Assembly (NCBI GenBank): GCA_048937405.1
Contig: JBHLNF010000020.1
Span: 1-45,047, forward strand
Source: Promethearchaeota archaeon
Lineage (GTDB): Archaea > Asgardarchaeota > Lokiarchaeia > Sigyniarchaeales > SOKP01
Length of the DNA stretch: 45,047 nt
Direction of reading: 5' to 3'
The position numbers and the translations under genes were made by a program. The notes beneath the pieces are model-generated. The model was given only the letters and a program-made list of their open reading frames with translations. It was not told where the DNA came from and made no database searches. The first letter of the stretch is position 1. Each line of letters opens with the position of its first letter. Shown one piece after another: positions 18,693-28,809 of the stretch.

Positions 18693-19994
18693 ATGAGTAA
18701 TACAATTGCAGTAGTTGGATTAAGTTGGGGCGATGAAGGAAAAGGAAAGTTTGTAGATTATTTTGCTCAAAAAGCAGATGTAGTTGTAAGGTATAATGGA
18801 GGAAATAACGCAGGTCATACAATATATGCAAATGGAGTCAAATATAAATTGAAAATAATGCCCTCAGGTGCTCCTTTAGAAAAAGAGGGTGTAATTGCTA
18901 ATGGTTGTGTAGTCGATCCGAAAGTCTTACTTGAAGAAATTGAAAATTTGAAGAAATTAAATAAAAAGGTGGATTTAAAGTTGAGTTCTACGGCACATGT
19001 GATTTTTCCTTTTCATCGTATTTTAGATGGATTAGAAGAAAAAACTAAAGGAGAGTATGCAGCTGGAACAACTAAAAGAGGAATTGGACCAACTTACTCT
19101 GACAAAGCATCTCGTTGGGGTTTAAGAATTTATGATATAATAAATCCAGAGATTTTGAGACCAAAATTGGAAAAATTATTTAAGTTAAAGAAGGATTTAA
19201 TATCAATCTATGATCCAAGCATAGATATTGATTTAGATGCCATCTATGAAGAATATAAAACATATGGTGAGCAATTAAAACCGTATGTAATTGACACGGC
19301 ATATTATTTAAACAAGGCTGTTGATTCTGGAAAGAAAATTCTTTTTGAAGCCGCTCAAGGTAGTCTACTTGATATAGATCATGGATTTTATCCATTCGGA
19401 ACCTCGTCTAATGCGAATGCTTTAGGTATTTCTTCAGGCACTGGAATTCCTCCAAAAAAAATAAATAAAGTAGTTGGTATTGTAAAAGCATATACTTCCC
19501 GTGTAGGAAAAGGAAGATTTCCAACGGAATTATTTGATGAAACAGCTGAAAAAATAAGAGAACAAGGTCATGAGTATGGCACAGTCACCGGAAGACCAAG
19601 AAGAGTTGGATGGTTAGATCTTTTCAATATTAAATATGGTATAATGATTAATGGTGTGGATAAAGTGATAATCACTCTGTTAGATGCATTACAAGGAATT
19701 AATCCCGTTAAAATATGTGTTAACTATAAATTAGATGGAAAAATACTTGAAAGTTGGCCTATTCAATCAGAGATAATTGAACATTGTATACCAATTTATA
19801 GAAGTTTTGAAGGTTGGGAAGAAAAAACAAGGAAAGAATGGTATGAGATTGCTCTAAAAGGTTATGATGCCCTTCCAGAGACAATGAAAATATATATTCA
19901 AGCAATTAGAGAGGAACTTAAGTTAGATATCGCATTTGCTTCGATTGGTCCTGATAGAAAAGAAACTATAATTATAGAAGATTGTAATTTCTAA
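18693..19994 (+). CDS. purA: Adenylosuccinate synthetase
   Basis: WGDEGKGK, GGNNAGHT, GTTKRGIGPTY, EYGTVTGRPRRVGWLD. Confidence 0.97.
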   Translation: MSNTIAVVGLSWGDEGKGKFVDYFAQKADVVVRYNGGNNAGHTIYANGVKYKLKIMPSGAPLEKEGVIANGCVVDPKVLLEEIENLKKLNKKVDLKLSSTAHVIFPFHRILDGLEEKTKGEYAAGTTKRGIGPTYSDKASRWGLRIYDIINPEILRPKLEKLFKLKKDLISIYDPSIDIDLDAIYEEYKTYGEQLKPYVIDTAYYLNKAVDSGKKILFEAAQGSLLDIDHGFYPFGTSSNANALGISSGTGIPPKKINKVVGIVKAYTSRVGKGRFPTELFDETAEKIREQGHEYGTVTGRPRRVGWLDLFNIKYGIMINGVDKVIITLLDALQGINPVKICVNYKLDGKILESWPIQSEIIEHCIPIYRSFEGWEEKTRKEWYEIALKGYDALPETMKIYIQAIREELKLDIAFASIGPDRKETIIIEDCNF

Positions 19995-20012
19995 TTTTTT
20001 TATTCTTGTTTT

Positions 20013-20585
20013 TTATTTTAAGCATATTAAACCAAAGCGATATATATTATCTTTGGGAGGCCACTCCAAATTAAAATTTAACTTGGTAACTGTTTTTGTT
20101 ACATCAATTCCAACTGCTTCCATTGAGTATCTTTTCTTATCTGGATAACGACAAGGTTTACCAGAGTCATAAGTACATCCTTTATCATCTTTGTTAAAAC
20201 AAACTCTGCAAAATCCATCCCATAATAGAAGTTTATCTTTAAATAAAGGTTGAAAATTCTTAATAAAGCTAAAAATTTCTTTTTCAAATTTATTGCATAA
20301 GAGATTTTTCATGAAGAATTCATTCCTTATTCTTTTTTCACTTCTTTTAGGATATTTAGCTTTTTTTTTTTGAACATACTCTTTCAAATTAGATTTAACA
20401 TAAAGAAGATAAAATTTTTGATATTTAGAAATAGTTTCTTCCAAATATGGTGCTTCGGGTGGACATACCCATGAATGTCCATAATTTGGACATTTAAAAT
20501 CAGGATTCAAACAATAAGTTTGCACCTTAGGGTCAAAAAAAATATCTCCCAATTTAATTTCGAGAAATGGCAAGAGTTTTTCCAT
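20013..20585 (-). CDS. DUF2284-like predicted metal-binding protein
   Basis: CPNYGHSWVCPP, CRVC...C...PCRYP, YSMEAVGIDV. Confidence 0.8.
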   Translation of the reverse strand: MEKLLPFLEIKLGDIFFDPKVQTYCLNPDFKCPNYGHSWVCPPEAPYLEETISKYQKFYLLYVKSNLKEYVQKKKAKYPKRSEKRIRNEFFMKNLLCNKFEKEIFSFIKNFQPLFKDKLLLWDGFCRVCFNKDDKGCTYDSGKPCRYPDKKRYSMEAVGIDVTKTVTKLNFNLEWPPKDNIYRFGLICLK

Positions 20586-20733
20586 TCACTGTGATTAAAA
20601 TGTAGAAATTTTGAAAGTATATAATATTTTCTTTATATCAATCTGAGGTATGTAATGCTAAATCTATTGGAAAAAAGAAATTTTTTTTAAGAAATAAATA
20701 ATAAATGAGATTATTCGATTATTAATTGATATT

Positions 20734-21390
20734 GTGAATAGAATGAAATTATTAAAAGAGAAAAAAAACAAATTATTAGAAGTTGCAAATGAATTTCACG
20801 CTCAAGTATTAAAAGGTTCTAATTTACTCCACAATTGTATTAATGATTTAATCGAAGGAAAATTGAATAAAGATAAATTGGAGGAAGTAATTAAGTGTGA
20901 GCATGAAGCTGATCTTGCAAAAGAAAATTATATTAATACTCTTTATATGGATCGACGAGCTCTTCCTTTCTTAGTTGAAGATCGATATAGAATAATAAAA
21001 TATTTAGATATTGTTTCTGATAAGTCAGAAGACCTTGCTCGTAATTTACAGGTGTTTCCCTTTGATTGTTATGATGAAGTAAAAGAAGCTATAAAGAAAC
21101 TAAATGATATATATGAAGAAATAATAAAATTATTAATTAAAATGATAAATCTTATGGAAACTGATTTTAAAGCTGCTTATGATAAGTCATTTGAGATAGA
21201 AGCTCTGAAGAGAAAAGGTCGTGAAGCTAAATTTAATATCCTAAATGTAATTTATCAAAAGTCTGAGGAAAAATCTCTTAAGATTTATCTAACTTCAAAA
21301 ATATGTATTAAACTATTTAACATGATTTCAAATGCAGAAGAAATTAGTGATTTTCTGAGAAGTCTAATTGTAAAATATCCAAGTAAATAG
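20734..21390 (+). CDS. DUF47/PhoU-like phosphate transport regulator
   Basis: EHEAD motif, LPF..EDR, helical two-repeat layout, directly upstream of a PiT gene. Confidence 0.85.
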   Translation: MNRMKLLKEKKNKLLEVANEFHAQVLKGSNLLHNCINDLIEGKLNKDKLEEVIKCEHEADLAKENYINTLYMDRRALPFLVEDRYRIIKYLDIVSDKSEDLARNLQVFPFDCYDEVKEAIKKLNDIYEEIIKLLIKMINLMETDFKAAYDKSFEIEALKRKGREAKFNILNVIYQKSEEKSLKIYLTSKICIKLFNMISNAEEISDFLRSLIVKYPSK

Positions 21391-21428
21391 GAAAAAAAGT
21401 AATCAAAATAAGGGAGAAAAAGATAACA

Positions 21429-22415
21429 ATGGATCCTGCTGTAATTATAACAATATTTATAGTAATATCTATTATAATTTCAATAGGTATAGGAGCTAAT
21501 GATGAAACGATGGCTCCACTATATGGATCAAGAATTCTTAACATGAAACAAATTCTTATTTTAGCAACTATTTTCGCTATTTGTGGTGCTGTTATATTAG
21601 GAGAAGGTGTGGCTAAATCAGTAGGTGACAAAATTCTTTTATTAGACTATGAAACCACTGATATTAACCAAAATGCTGTTGTTATGACAATATTAATCTC
21701 AACTGCCATCTGGTTAATATTGTCTAGCGCTTTAGGTCTTCCAATTTCATCAACTCATTCTACAATTGGAGGTATAATGGGAATAGGGTTGATGCTGGGA
21801 AGTGTAGGTGGTATAAATTGGAATACAATATTAGGAATGAGTATTTGGTGGTTATTGTCTCCAATAGTTGGATTTGTAGTTACATATCTAGTTGTTAAGA
21901 TACTTAATAAATATAAACTTAAATATCTTAAAGGATTCCAAGACTATGAACGTTCAGAGAACATTTATTCCTATATAATCTTAATTGTAATATGCATTAC
22001 AGCTTTCTCTAGAGCTGGAAATGATTGTTCTAACGCAGTTGGAATAGTTGCAGGAATTGGAGATGATATTAATCTACCAGCATTATTAGTTATTACAGGA
22101 TTTAGTTTAGCTGGTGGGATTATAATTTTAGGTCGGATTGTTATAAAAAACTTAGGCAAAATAACTGAATTACGCCCGAGCACAGCCTTTGCTGTACAGG
22201 TTCCAACCGCAGCCGTTATGCTTCTCGGAACGATTCAAAAAATACCTCTTTCTGGTTCCCATCTACTTGTAGCGTCTTTAGTGGGATTATCAAAAGCAAG
22301 TAATGCACCAATGGAAAAGGGTATATTGAAAATAGTAGCAATTTGGTTATTAACATTTCCAATATCAGCAATCTTCGCAATTGTACTATTCTTTCCTATA
22401 AATACAATATTCTAA
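21429..22415 (+). CDS. pit: PiT-family inorganic phosphate transporter
   Basis: GANDETMA and AGNDCSNAVG signatures, GLPISSTHS, PLSGSH. Confidence 0.92.
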   Translation: MDPAVIITIFIVISIIISIGIGANDETMAPLYGSRILNMKQILILATIFAICGAVILGEGVAKSVGDKILLLDYETTDINQNAVVMTILISTAIWLILSSALGLPISSTHSTIGGIMGIGLMLGSVGGINWNTILGMSIWWLLSPIVGFVVTYLVVKILNKYKLKYLKGFQDYERSENIYSYIILIVICITAFSRAGNDCSNAVGIVAGIGDDINLPALLVITGFSLAGGIIILGRIVIKNLGKITELRPSTAFAVQVPTAAVMLLGTIQKIPLSGSHLLVASLVGLSKASNAPMEKGILKIVAIWLLTFPISAIFAIVLFFPINTIF

Positions 22416-22424
22416 TTAATACAG

Positions 22425-22439
22425 AAAAAAAAAAAAAAA
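22425..22439 (-). terminator. T15 tract, terminator candidate for the TIR receptor gene
   Basis: A15 on the + strand, 30 nt past the stop of the minus-strand gene ending at 22470. Confidence 0.55.
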
Positions 22440-22469
22440 TTTGATTTAGGAAAAAAAGTAAAGATGATT

Positions 22470-25400
22470 TTATCTTAAGATTTCTTGGCGAAGTCTATTA
22501 AGAAATCCATCAAAATCGGTTCTATCATATTTAACATTTAACATAGTAATCAATAGAATCGGTACATCCTCTTCATCCTCATATACAGGGATAATCTTCA
22601 TCTTATCTTTTTTAACTAATTGGTACGCAGCTTGCCATTCACCTTCAACAGCTTTAGATTCCTTAGAGTGTTGAGTACAAAATAGCACAAAAGTATTGCA
22701 TACTCTTAATGTCTTTTCCATATAGTCCACAATGTTTTGTCCACTATCTTTAAGATAGTAATATACTCTATTAATTTCTGGAGTGTTTTCTAAAACTTGG
22801 GCAATTTTATCTATTTGAAACCGATCTTCGTCAGCTGTAGAATAACTGAGAAAGACACTGACTTCTTTTTCCTTTCTTCTTTTAGGTGTAGTCTCCTTTT
22901 CTACCTTCACTTCACTTGGTAACACAGGTGTGCTTGGTACTTCTCGCTGCACCTCCTGATAAAGCCCAGCTTCAATTTCCTTGCACTTTTCAACTTTATC
23001 ATTAGCTCTATTAAAAATAGGATAGAAATCATATTGATCTGCAGTATCTTTTATTTTCCCTAACTGTCTATAAGCTAATTGAATTTTTCTTTCATTTATA
23101 AGATTGTCTACTTGGTGTAATTTCTCTTCAAGCTTTATCTTTATTTTCTCCTTTTTTTTATCACTTATTTCTTTTTCCTTCTTGTCAGGAGAAGAGATTT
23201 TCTTCCTTAAAACCACAGCACCTGCTGCTCCAGCAACGGCAATAACAGCAACAATAATTATTATTAAAATAAGCTCGAAAGGAATTCCTTCTTTATCGGA
23301 TATGAAGGTGTTATCTGTTATGATATTTCCTGTACTGGAACCCTGAATTTCAATATCATGTGTATTACCCGAAAAATAATTTTGCGTGATGCGATTATAA
23401 CTGGAATCTTGGAGATAAATGCCATAATAATTGTTATTTATTGAATTCCCTTTGATAGTATTATTGTTGCTAGTGTCCAACCAAATTCCATATTCATTAT
23501 TATTAATTGTCTCATCATTATCATTAATAGTAATATTATAACTATCGTAAAGCCTAATACCACCTAGACCATTTGAGTTTAATGTATTTTTAGTTATAAT
23601 TATATTTTGGCAGGCATAAACTACAATCCCATTGCCATTATTAGAACTGCAATTACTATTAGCAATTAATCCACTAGATACATTTTGCAATTTTATACCA
23701 CCATCATTAACGGTATCAACAGAATTAATAAAACTTGAACTATCAACAGTAAAACTTTTGTATGAATTTCGAATGGTTAAACAACTACTTGAAGCTTGTC
23801 CATCTATTTGGATAGAATCGATAATATATGGGTCACTTACAGTTCCAGAGCCACTACACCATGGGAAAGTAGCCACCGCTGCTGACCAATTATAATCCCC
23901 TCCCCCTGTATCATCAATTATTATCGGTGATTCTTCCCATAATCCAGTGCTTTCATTATAAAAACTTTCATCATAAACTTGAATATTGAGTGTATTTGAT
24001 AATTTTTCACCACTTTCGTTGTATGCTGCGACTATAAAATAATAATCTCCATTTTCTAAATCCGATATGGTAAAAGGAGAATTTACATTTTCATATGAAT
24101 TTAAACGGTATCTTTTGCTTATATATGAAATATCTCTATCAAAAATAAATACAGAATAATTATCTACTCCAGTTGAATCCGACCAAGTTAGATTAAAAGT
24201 TCCATCAGTATCAATAAAAACATCAGTAGCAACAGAAACATCAGCATTAGTATTTAAAGAAAAAACACCAGGTATATCCTGTGGTGGCTTAAGATAATGA
24301 ACCCCCCAATATGGAAAGGAAACTGAACCCGTTGCAATATTATTCGGATAATAACCAGGGTTACCTGGAACAGTAACATAGGAGGGAATAACCACTTTAT
24401 TTCCATCTAATTGCCATTGACAAAAACAACTATATGAATAGGGCCATCCTTCCCATAAAGCATGAGATTTTGTAAAAGCAATGTTCGCACTTGCAGCAAT
24501 AAAAGGATTAGTTCGATTAAAATCTTCTAAAGCTATAACAGTGTCATTTGCATCAAAAATTTTAATAGTTTCACTTATATTTGCTATTATATTAACCGCA
24601 TCATAGGAACCAATTCCAGTATAATATGGATCTATATTATATGTTGAATAAAAACTATCCCAGAATGGAATAGACTTTGAGGTTTTATAATTTCTATGTT
24701 GAGATTGCATTATAATTTCATATTGACATGTTCCTTCAGTGTCATCCCAAAAGGAGTCTATTTGGGAGAATAAATCAATACCTGCTAGGATACATTGTGG
24801 TTTAATATTTCTATATGTTTTTAACATCGTTATTGAATCATTACCATTAACTAAAGGAATTGTTAATTGCGTTTCTGAAGCATCAATTGTATCCCAAATA
24901 GTTTCAAACTCTGATTCAGAGGTACCTAAAGGAAAAGAAATTATTTGTTTGTTAGGAACTCCTAATACAGCATAAAGGGCATTTGCTAAATTTGTTGACC
25001 AAGGTATATCTTCTCGAAGTATCGTCAGATTTGTAATACCAAGATTACTACAGAGCCATGCTATTTGATTAATCACTATAATACCAATTGATGTTGCATT
25101 TAGCGGCATTATATTAAAGAAATATTTATACCTTTCATAAGTAGAAGTATCATTAATTTTTAAACAAAAATCTTCACTTGTAGTTCCAGTGGATAAAAAA
25201 GGTATTTGTGCATCCAAAATAGGTTCTAGATAATATGTTAATGATTTATTTTCAAAACCCCCTATAATGTAATGTGGATCATATGATAACATTTTATTTG
25301 CGGCAGTAATACCCTTAGATATGCTCAGAGTTGAGTTTAATTCATCTGTATCTTCTGCTACAAGACCTATATAGTAAGTTGTACTGTTAATCAAAATTCC

Positions 25401-25691
25401 TCCGGCTTCATTAATTTCTCTTGCTGCTAAAAGTGCTCCTTTCCAAGCATGATCACCAGTGATATGCTCCAAATCGTCAAGTAACCCGATTCTTATTGAT
25501 TCATTTAAGAGAGGGGGATCTGTAATTCCAGGAAATGTATAATTTCCCACAATAACATCGGATACTTCCGGATTAAGAATAAGAGCATTACTTTTTTCTC
25601 TGGTATTAGGATAAAACCAAGTTAAGCCTGCTAAAAACTGAATAGAAAATAGAATTACTAAATATAATGTAATTACTTTTTTATTTTTCAT
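22470..25691 (-). CDS. Single-pass receptor-like protein: signal - periplasmic-binding (Venus flytrap) domain - FN3-like - right-handed beta-helix - TM - TIR
   Basis: IRIGLL...GALLAAREINEAGGI (LivJ/ANF-receptor type I PBP motif); LTWSDSTGVDNYSV...GDYYFIVAAYN (FN3-like); NosD-like NNxxGIxL repeats; TM at aa ~803-828 followed by RKK; TIR motifs VFLSYS (aa 946), FVLFCT..S..S..VEGEW (E1018), IIPVY. SD AGGAGG at 25701-25706. Confidence 0.9.
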   Translation of the reverse strand: MKNKKVITLYLVILFSIQFLAGLTWFYPNTREKSNALILNPEVSDVIVGNYTFPGITDPPLLNESIRIGLLDDLEHITGDHAWKGALLAAREINEAGGILINSTTYYIGLVAEDTDELNSTLSISKGITAANKMLSYDPHYIIGGFENKSLTYYLEPILDAQIPFLSTGTTSEDFCLKINDTSTYERYKYFFNIMPLNATSIGIIVINQIAWLCSNLGITNLTILREDIPWSTNLANALYAVLGVPNKQIISFPLGTSESEFETIWDTIDASETQLTIPLVNGNDSITMLKTYRNIKPQCILAGIDLFSQIDSFWDDTEGTCQYEIIMQSQHRNYKTSKSIPFWDSFYSTYNIDPYYTGIGSYDAVNIIANISETIKIFDANDTVIALEDFNRTNPFIAASANIAFTKSHALWEGWPYSYSCFCQWQLDGNKVVIPSYVTVPGNPGYYPNNIATGSVSFPYWGVHYLKPPQDIPGVFSLNTNADVSVATDVFIDTDGTFNLTWSDSTGVDNYSVFIFDRDISYISKRYRLNSYENVNSPFTISDLENGDYYFIVAAYNESGEKLSNTLNIQVYDESFYNESTGLWEESPIIIDDTGGGDYNWSAAVATFPWCSGSGTVSDPYIIDSIQIDGQASSSCLTIRNSYKSFTVDSSSFINSVDTVNDGGIKLQNVSSGLIANSNCSSNNGNGIVVYACQNIIITKNTLNSNGLGGIRLYDSYNITINDNDETINNNEYGIWLDTSNNNTIKGNSINNNYYGIYLQDSSYNRITQNYFSGNTHDIEIQGSSTGNIITDNTFISDKEGIPFELILIIIIVAVIAVAGAAGAVVLRKKISSPDKKEKEISDKKKEKIKIKLEEKLHQVDNLINERKIQLAYRQLGKIKDTADQYDFYPIFNRANDKVEKCKEIEAGLYQEVQREVPSTPVLPSEVKVEKETTPKRRKEKEVSVFLSYSTADEDRFQIDKIAQVLENTPEINRVYYYLKDSGQNIVDYMEKTLRVCNTFVLFCTQHSKESKAVEGEWQAAYQLVKKDKMKIIPVYEDEEDVPILLITMLNVKYDRTDFDGFLNRLRQEILR

Positions 25692-25850
25692 TTGTTTCGT
25701 CCTCCTAAGATATTTTTTTGTTTATATATTTGGAATGTTAAAATCCAAATTAATTTTATAATGTTAACTAAGTTCCCACTATATTTAAAATTTTTAAATT
25801 CGAAGTAATTTCTTATCTTTTTTCTTCTAGACAAAAAGGTAATATAAATA

Positions 25851-26002
25851 TCTTAAGATTTCCTGACGGAGTTTGCTTATAAAACCATTAAAATTTACTT
25901 TATCATATCTGACATTTAGCATCGGAATTAATAGAATTGAGAATCTTCTTCATGTTCATAGACGGGGATAATGTTCATTGTACCTATTTTAACTAACTGA
26001 TA
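25851..26002 (-). pseudogene. Frameshifted remnant of the 3' end of a paralogous TIR-domain gene
   Basis: Reads YQLVKIGTMNIIPVYEHEED-(1-nt deletion)-ILLIPMLNVRYDKVNFNGFISKLRQEILR. By manual alignment 35 of 51 residues are identical to the C-terminus of the 1073-aa protein; the stop position reads TAT instead of TAA. Confidence 0.88.
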
Positions 26003-26173
26003 ATCTTTTAAAAATGTTGATTTCAATTTTACCTGTCATGATATCTCATTTATTTCCAAATTTTATGTTTTTTTAATGAGAATAAGAGAAGATTATTGTA
26101 TTTTTTTGAGATAATAAGAATAGTCTTTTCTTAAATTATTTCTCCAATATGAAATAATGAATCAAAATGTTTT

Positions 26174-27097
26174 TTAATTTGAATATTTTAAAACGATGAT
26201 ATTGGCTACGAGAATTAAACTTCCTCCAACTATAGTAAATATGGATAGTGATTTCAGAACAATAATATTTAGGATTGTAGCTGTAACAGGTTCCAGATAT
26301 GATAGAATTATGATATTCCCACTCTTATCATTTTTTATTCCAATATTATATAATAAAAAAGCCAGTGCTGTTGGGAATAGTCCTAAAATAAGAGCGAAAA
26401 TTAGATCAAAAAAGGAGAATATCATTAAATCATATAGAGATATTGGTAAAAACATAAAAATAATAAACAATGTAGGCCACCAAGCTAAAAAAGTATCGAA
26501 ATCACCTTTTACTTTAAACAGGAATTCTGAACTTTTACGTTTAATGTAGATCTTTTTTTTATAAAATATTAATATTCCCAATGTTAATCCTGAAAAAATA
26601 CCAAAAAAAGCACCTGAAATTAACGCTTCACCAGTCCAAAATTCCATAATAATAGCAACACCAACAATTGCTATAAAAAAACATAAAATATTCACTTTTG
26701 ATACTTTTTCCTCTCTTGAAAGAATTAGAAATAATAGGAAGAACATAGGTCCTGTATACAATAAAAATGCTGCAAAAGAATATCCTGTGAGAATTATATT
26801 TATAAAATAAAATAGAATGATCAATGGATTCATAATTCCAATAATTAAAAGCTCTTTCCAATGAATCTTAAGAGATTCCTTTAAAAAAGTCATTTTTAGA
26901 GAATTCGATTTAAGTAAAAACAAGGTAAGAAAAAGAGTTCCAAATAGTCCTCTTATTAAAACAATAGTTAGTACATTAAATTTATCGAGGAAACTAATAA
27001 TTAGACCTACATGTCCCATACTAATAGCAGAGATGATCATGCATATTTTAGAAACAGTAGGATTAACTTTTATATTGTTAGATTCTATGCTTGTCAT
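26174..27097 (-). CDS. DMT/EamA-family transporter
   Basis: About 10 TM segments in two repeats; AAFLLYTGP, LGLFPTALAFLLY, SYLEPV, GGSLIL. Confidence 0.88.
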   Translation of the reverse strand: MTSIESNNIKVNPTVSKICMIISAISMGHVGLIISFLDKFNVLTIVLIRGLFGTLFLTLFLLKSNSLKMTFLKESLKIHWKELLIIGIMNPLIILFYFINIILTGYSFAAFLLYTGPMFFLLFLILSREEKVSKVNILCFFIAIVGVAIIMEFWTGEALISGAFFGIFSGLTLGILIFYKKKIYIKRKSSEFLFKVKGDFDTFLAWWPTLFIIFMFLPISLYDLMIFSFFDLIFALILGLFPTALAFLLYNIGIKNDKSGNIIILSYLEPVTATILNIIVLKSLSIFTIVGGSLILVANIIVLKYSN

Positions 27098-27300
27098 TGA
27101 ATGGAATAAGAATTAATCCTTTTAATTCTAAACCTTTTATAGAATATTCTTAAAAATTTTCAATTCTACATTTAATTTCTGTAAAATTTGATGTTAGCAG
27201 GCATAGAATTTAAGGTTCAAAACTTTTATGATAAAATTGCTTAGAAGAGGGATTTCAATAGAATTTTTAAAATTTTAAAAAAGTTAAAGTTGAAGTTGAT

Positions 27301-28644
27301 TTAATTAAGTGTTGCTCCGCAAATTGGACAAGTGCTGACTAATTTATTACATGTAGCTCCACAGATTTTGCATAATTTTATTGAACTAGTTCCTTTTCTT
27401 CGTGGTGGTTTTAAGGAGGTTATTGATATTGGTTGTTCTTTCGATTCAGTGGCTTCAGATACTTCTGGAATCGTTGTTTCTCTTGATTTTTTAGTTCCAA
27501 TAGTAATTTCTTTTCCAAAAAAGCCACCAACTCTTACTTTTTTTGGTTGATCACCCGTGGAAGGTTCTGGTTCTTCTAAACTTACTTCTGACTCTTCTTC
27601 TATTATTTCATTCTGAAGTTCAGATTCTTCTGTATATTGTTCTTCTTCATAATCTGTGATTACTGTTTCTTCATAACCTGGTTTTTCCATGTCTATTTCG
27701 GGTATATTTTCTTCTAATTCTTCTTCTAAATCCTCTTCATAAACCATATTAACAAATTCTTCATCAAGTTTTAATAGCGCATCGCAATGCGGGCATCTGA
27801 ATATATGTTTAAAGCCAATATTTTTAACAAGTGCATATTTTGCCGCACAACAATTATGAAATTTTGTATTACAATTATAGCATTTATGTATCTCATCAGA
27901 ATGAGCCTCACAAATAGGACATAACTCTTGTTCACAAATATTACACAATTCTTGATCCTCAGTAGATAAACTAATGAGATCTACCGCTAATCGTTCATAG
28001 AAAATCTTATCTTGACCTAAAACCTGATCAGGTTCTTCAGATTTTATAACTTTAAATTCTTTTTTATTTTGAATTAATGATCCTAAAATATTTTGAAGAA
28101 GTTTTTCATTTGGACAATAGAATGTTCCTCCATGAGTTTCACTAGAAATAACTTTCAGTTTAACATCGTCTTCATAAAATTTCTCCTCTCCAACTCGAAT
28201 AATATCAATAAATGCAGAGAATTTTTTTGCTTTAATTAATAAATCATAAAGAGCATTATAATAATCTTCAGATAATCGGCTAGGAGTGTCTGAAATTATA
28301 ATTACACGGTAATTTTTTCTAATATCTCGACTTTTTCTGAATATATATGCAAGAATTTCATATAAACCATTTTCTAAATAACTATGTTCATCTTCTCTTG
28401 TTTCCCAAGCTTCTTCTATATTTTTCAAAACACTATCTACATCTTTAAGATCATATACATTGATAGGATTTTCATTCTTTTGAAATAATAAAATTCCATA
28501 TGAAGCAAGTGCGTTAAATTTGTCTTTTTCCTTGATAAAATGACTTATAGCTTTCATTAGTGACTTCTTCTTTAGAAAATCTGAAATTAAATCTAAATAA
28601 AAGATAAATTCTTCTGAATTTATTGTATTTGCTCGAGGTAACAT
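27301..28644 (-). CDS. vWA-like domain + RING/PHD-like Cys/His finger + C-terminal zinc ribbon protein (paralogue A)
   Basis: FIFYLD, RVIIISD, IDIIRVG, LKVISSETHGGTFY (vWA); CNIC-CPIC-CYNC-FHNCC-CPHC; acidic linker; CKIC..CPIC. Confidence 0.75.
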   Translation of the reverse strand: MLPRANTINSEEFIFYLDLISDFLKKKSLMKAISHFIKEKDKFNALASYGILLFQKNENPINVYDLKDVDSVLKNIEEAWETREDEHSYLENGLYEILAYIFRKSRDIRKNYRVIIISDTPSRLSEDYYNALYDLLIKAKKFSAFIDIIRVGEEKFYEDDVKLKVISSETHGGTFYCPNEKLLQNILGSLIQNKKEFKVIKSEEPDQVLGQDKIFYERLAVDLISLSTEDQELCNICEQELCPICEAHSDEIHKCYNCNTKFHNCCAAKYALVKNIGFKHIFRCPHCDALLKLDEEFVNMVYEEDLEEELEENIPEIDMEKPGYEETVITDYEEEQYTEESELQNEIIEEESEVSLEEPEPSTGDQPKKVRVGGFFGKEITIGTKKSRETTIPEVSEATESKEQPISITSLKPPRRKGTSSIKLCKICGATCNKLVSTCPICGATLN

Positions 28645-28809
28645 ATTAGCATCAATCGTAAAGCTTTAACAAAATAATATTATAAGTTTTATTTATTTTT
28701 ATTGATATTGAAAAAAAATTCTTTATCTTAATTATCATATTTGTCTTTAGGTTTGGAACTATGAAAAGACAATAATACGAAGTATTACAAATTAAAGGTT
28801 TTTCTAATT

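Noticed and set aside
25851-26002. Diversity-generating retroelement template repeat for the TIR gene 3' end
   Set aside because: Mismatches are not confined to adenines, many are synonymous C/T changes, there is an indel, and no reverse transcriptase is in the window.
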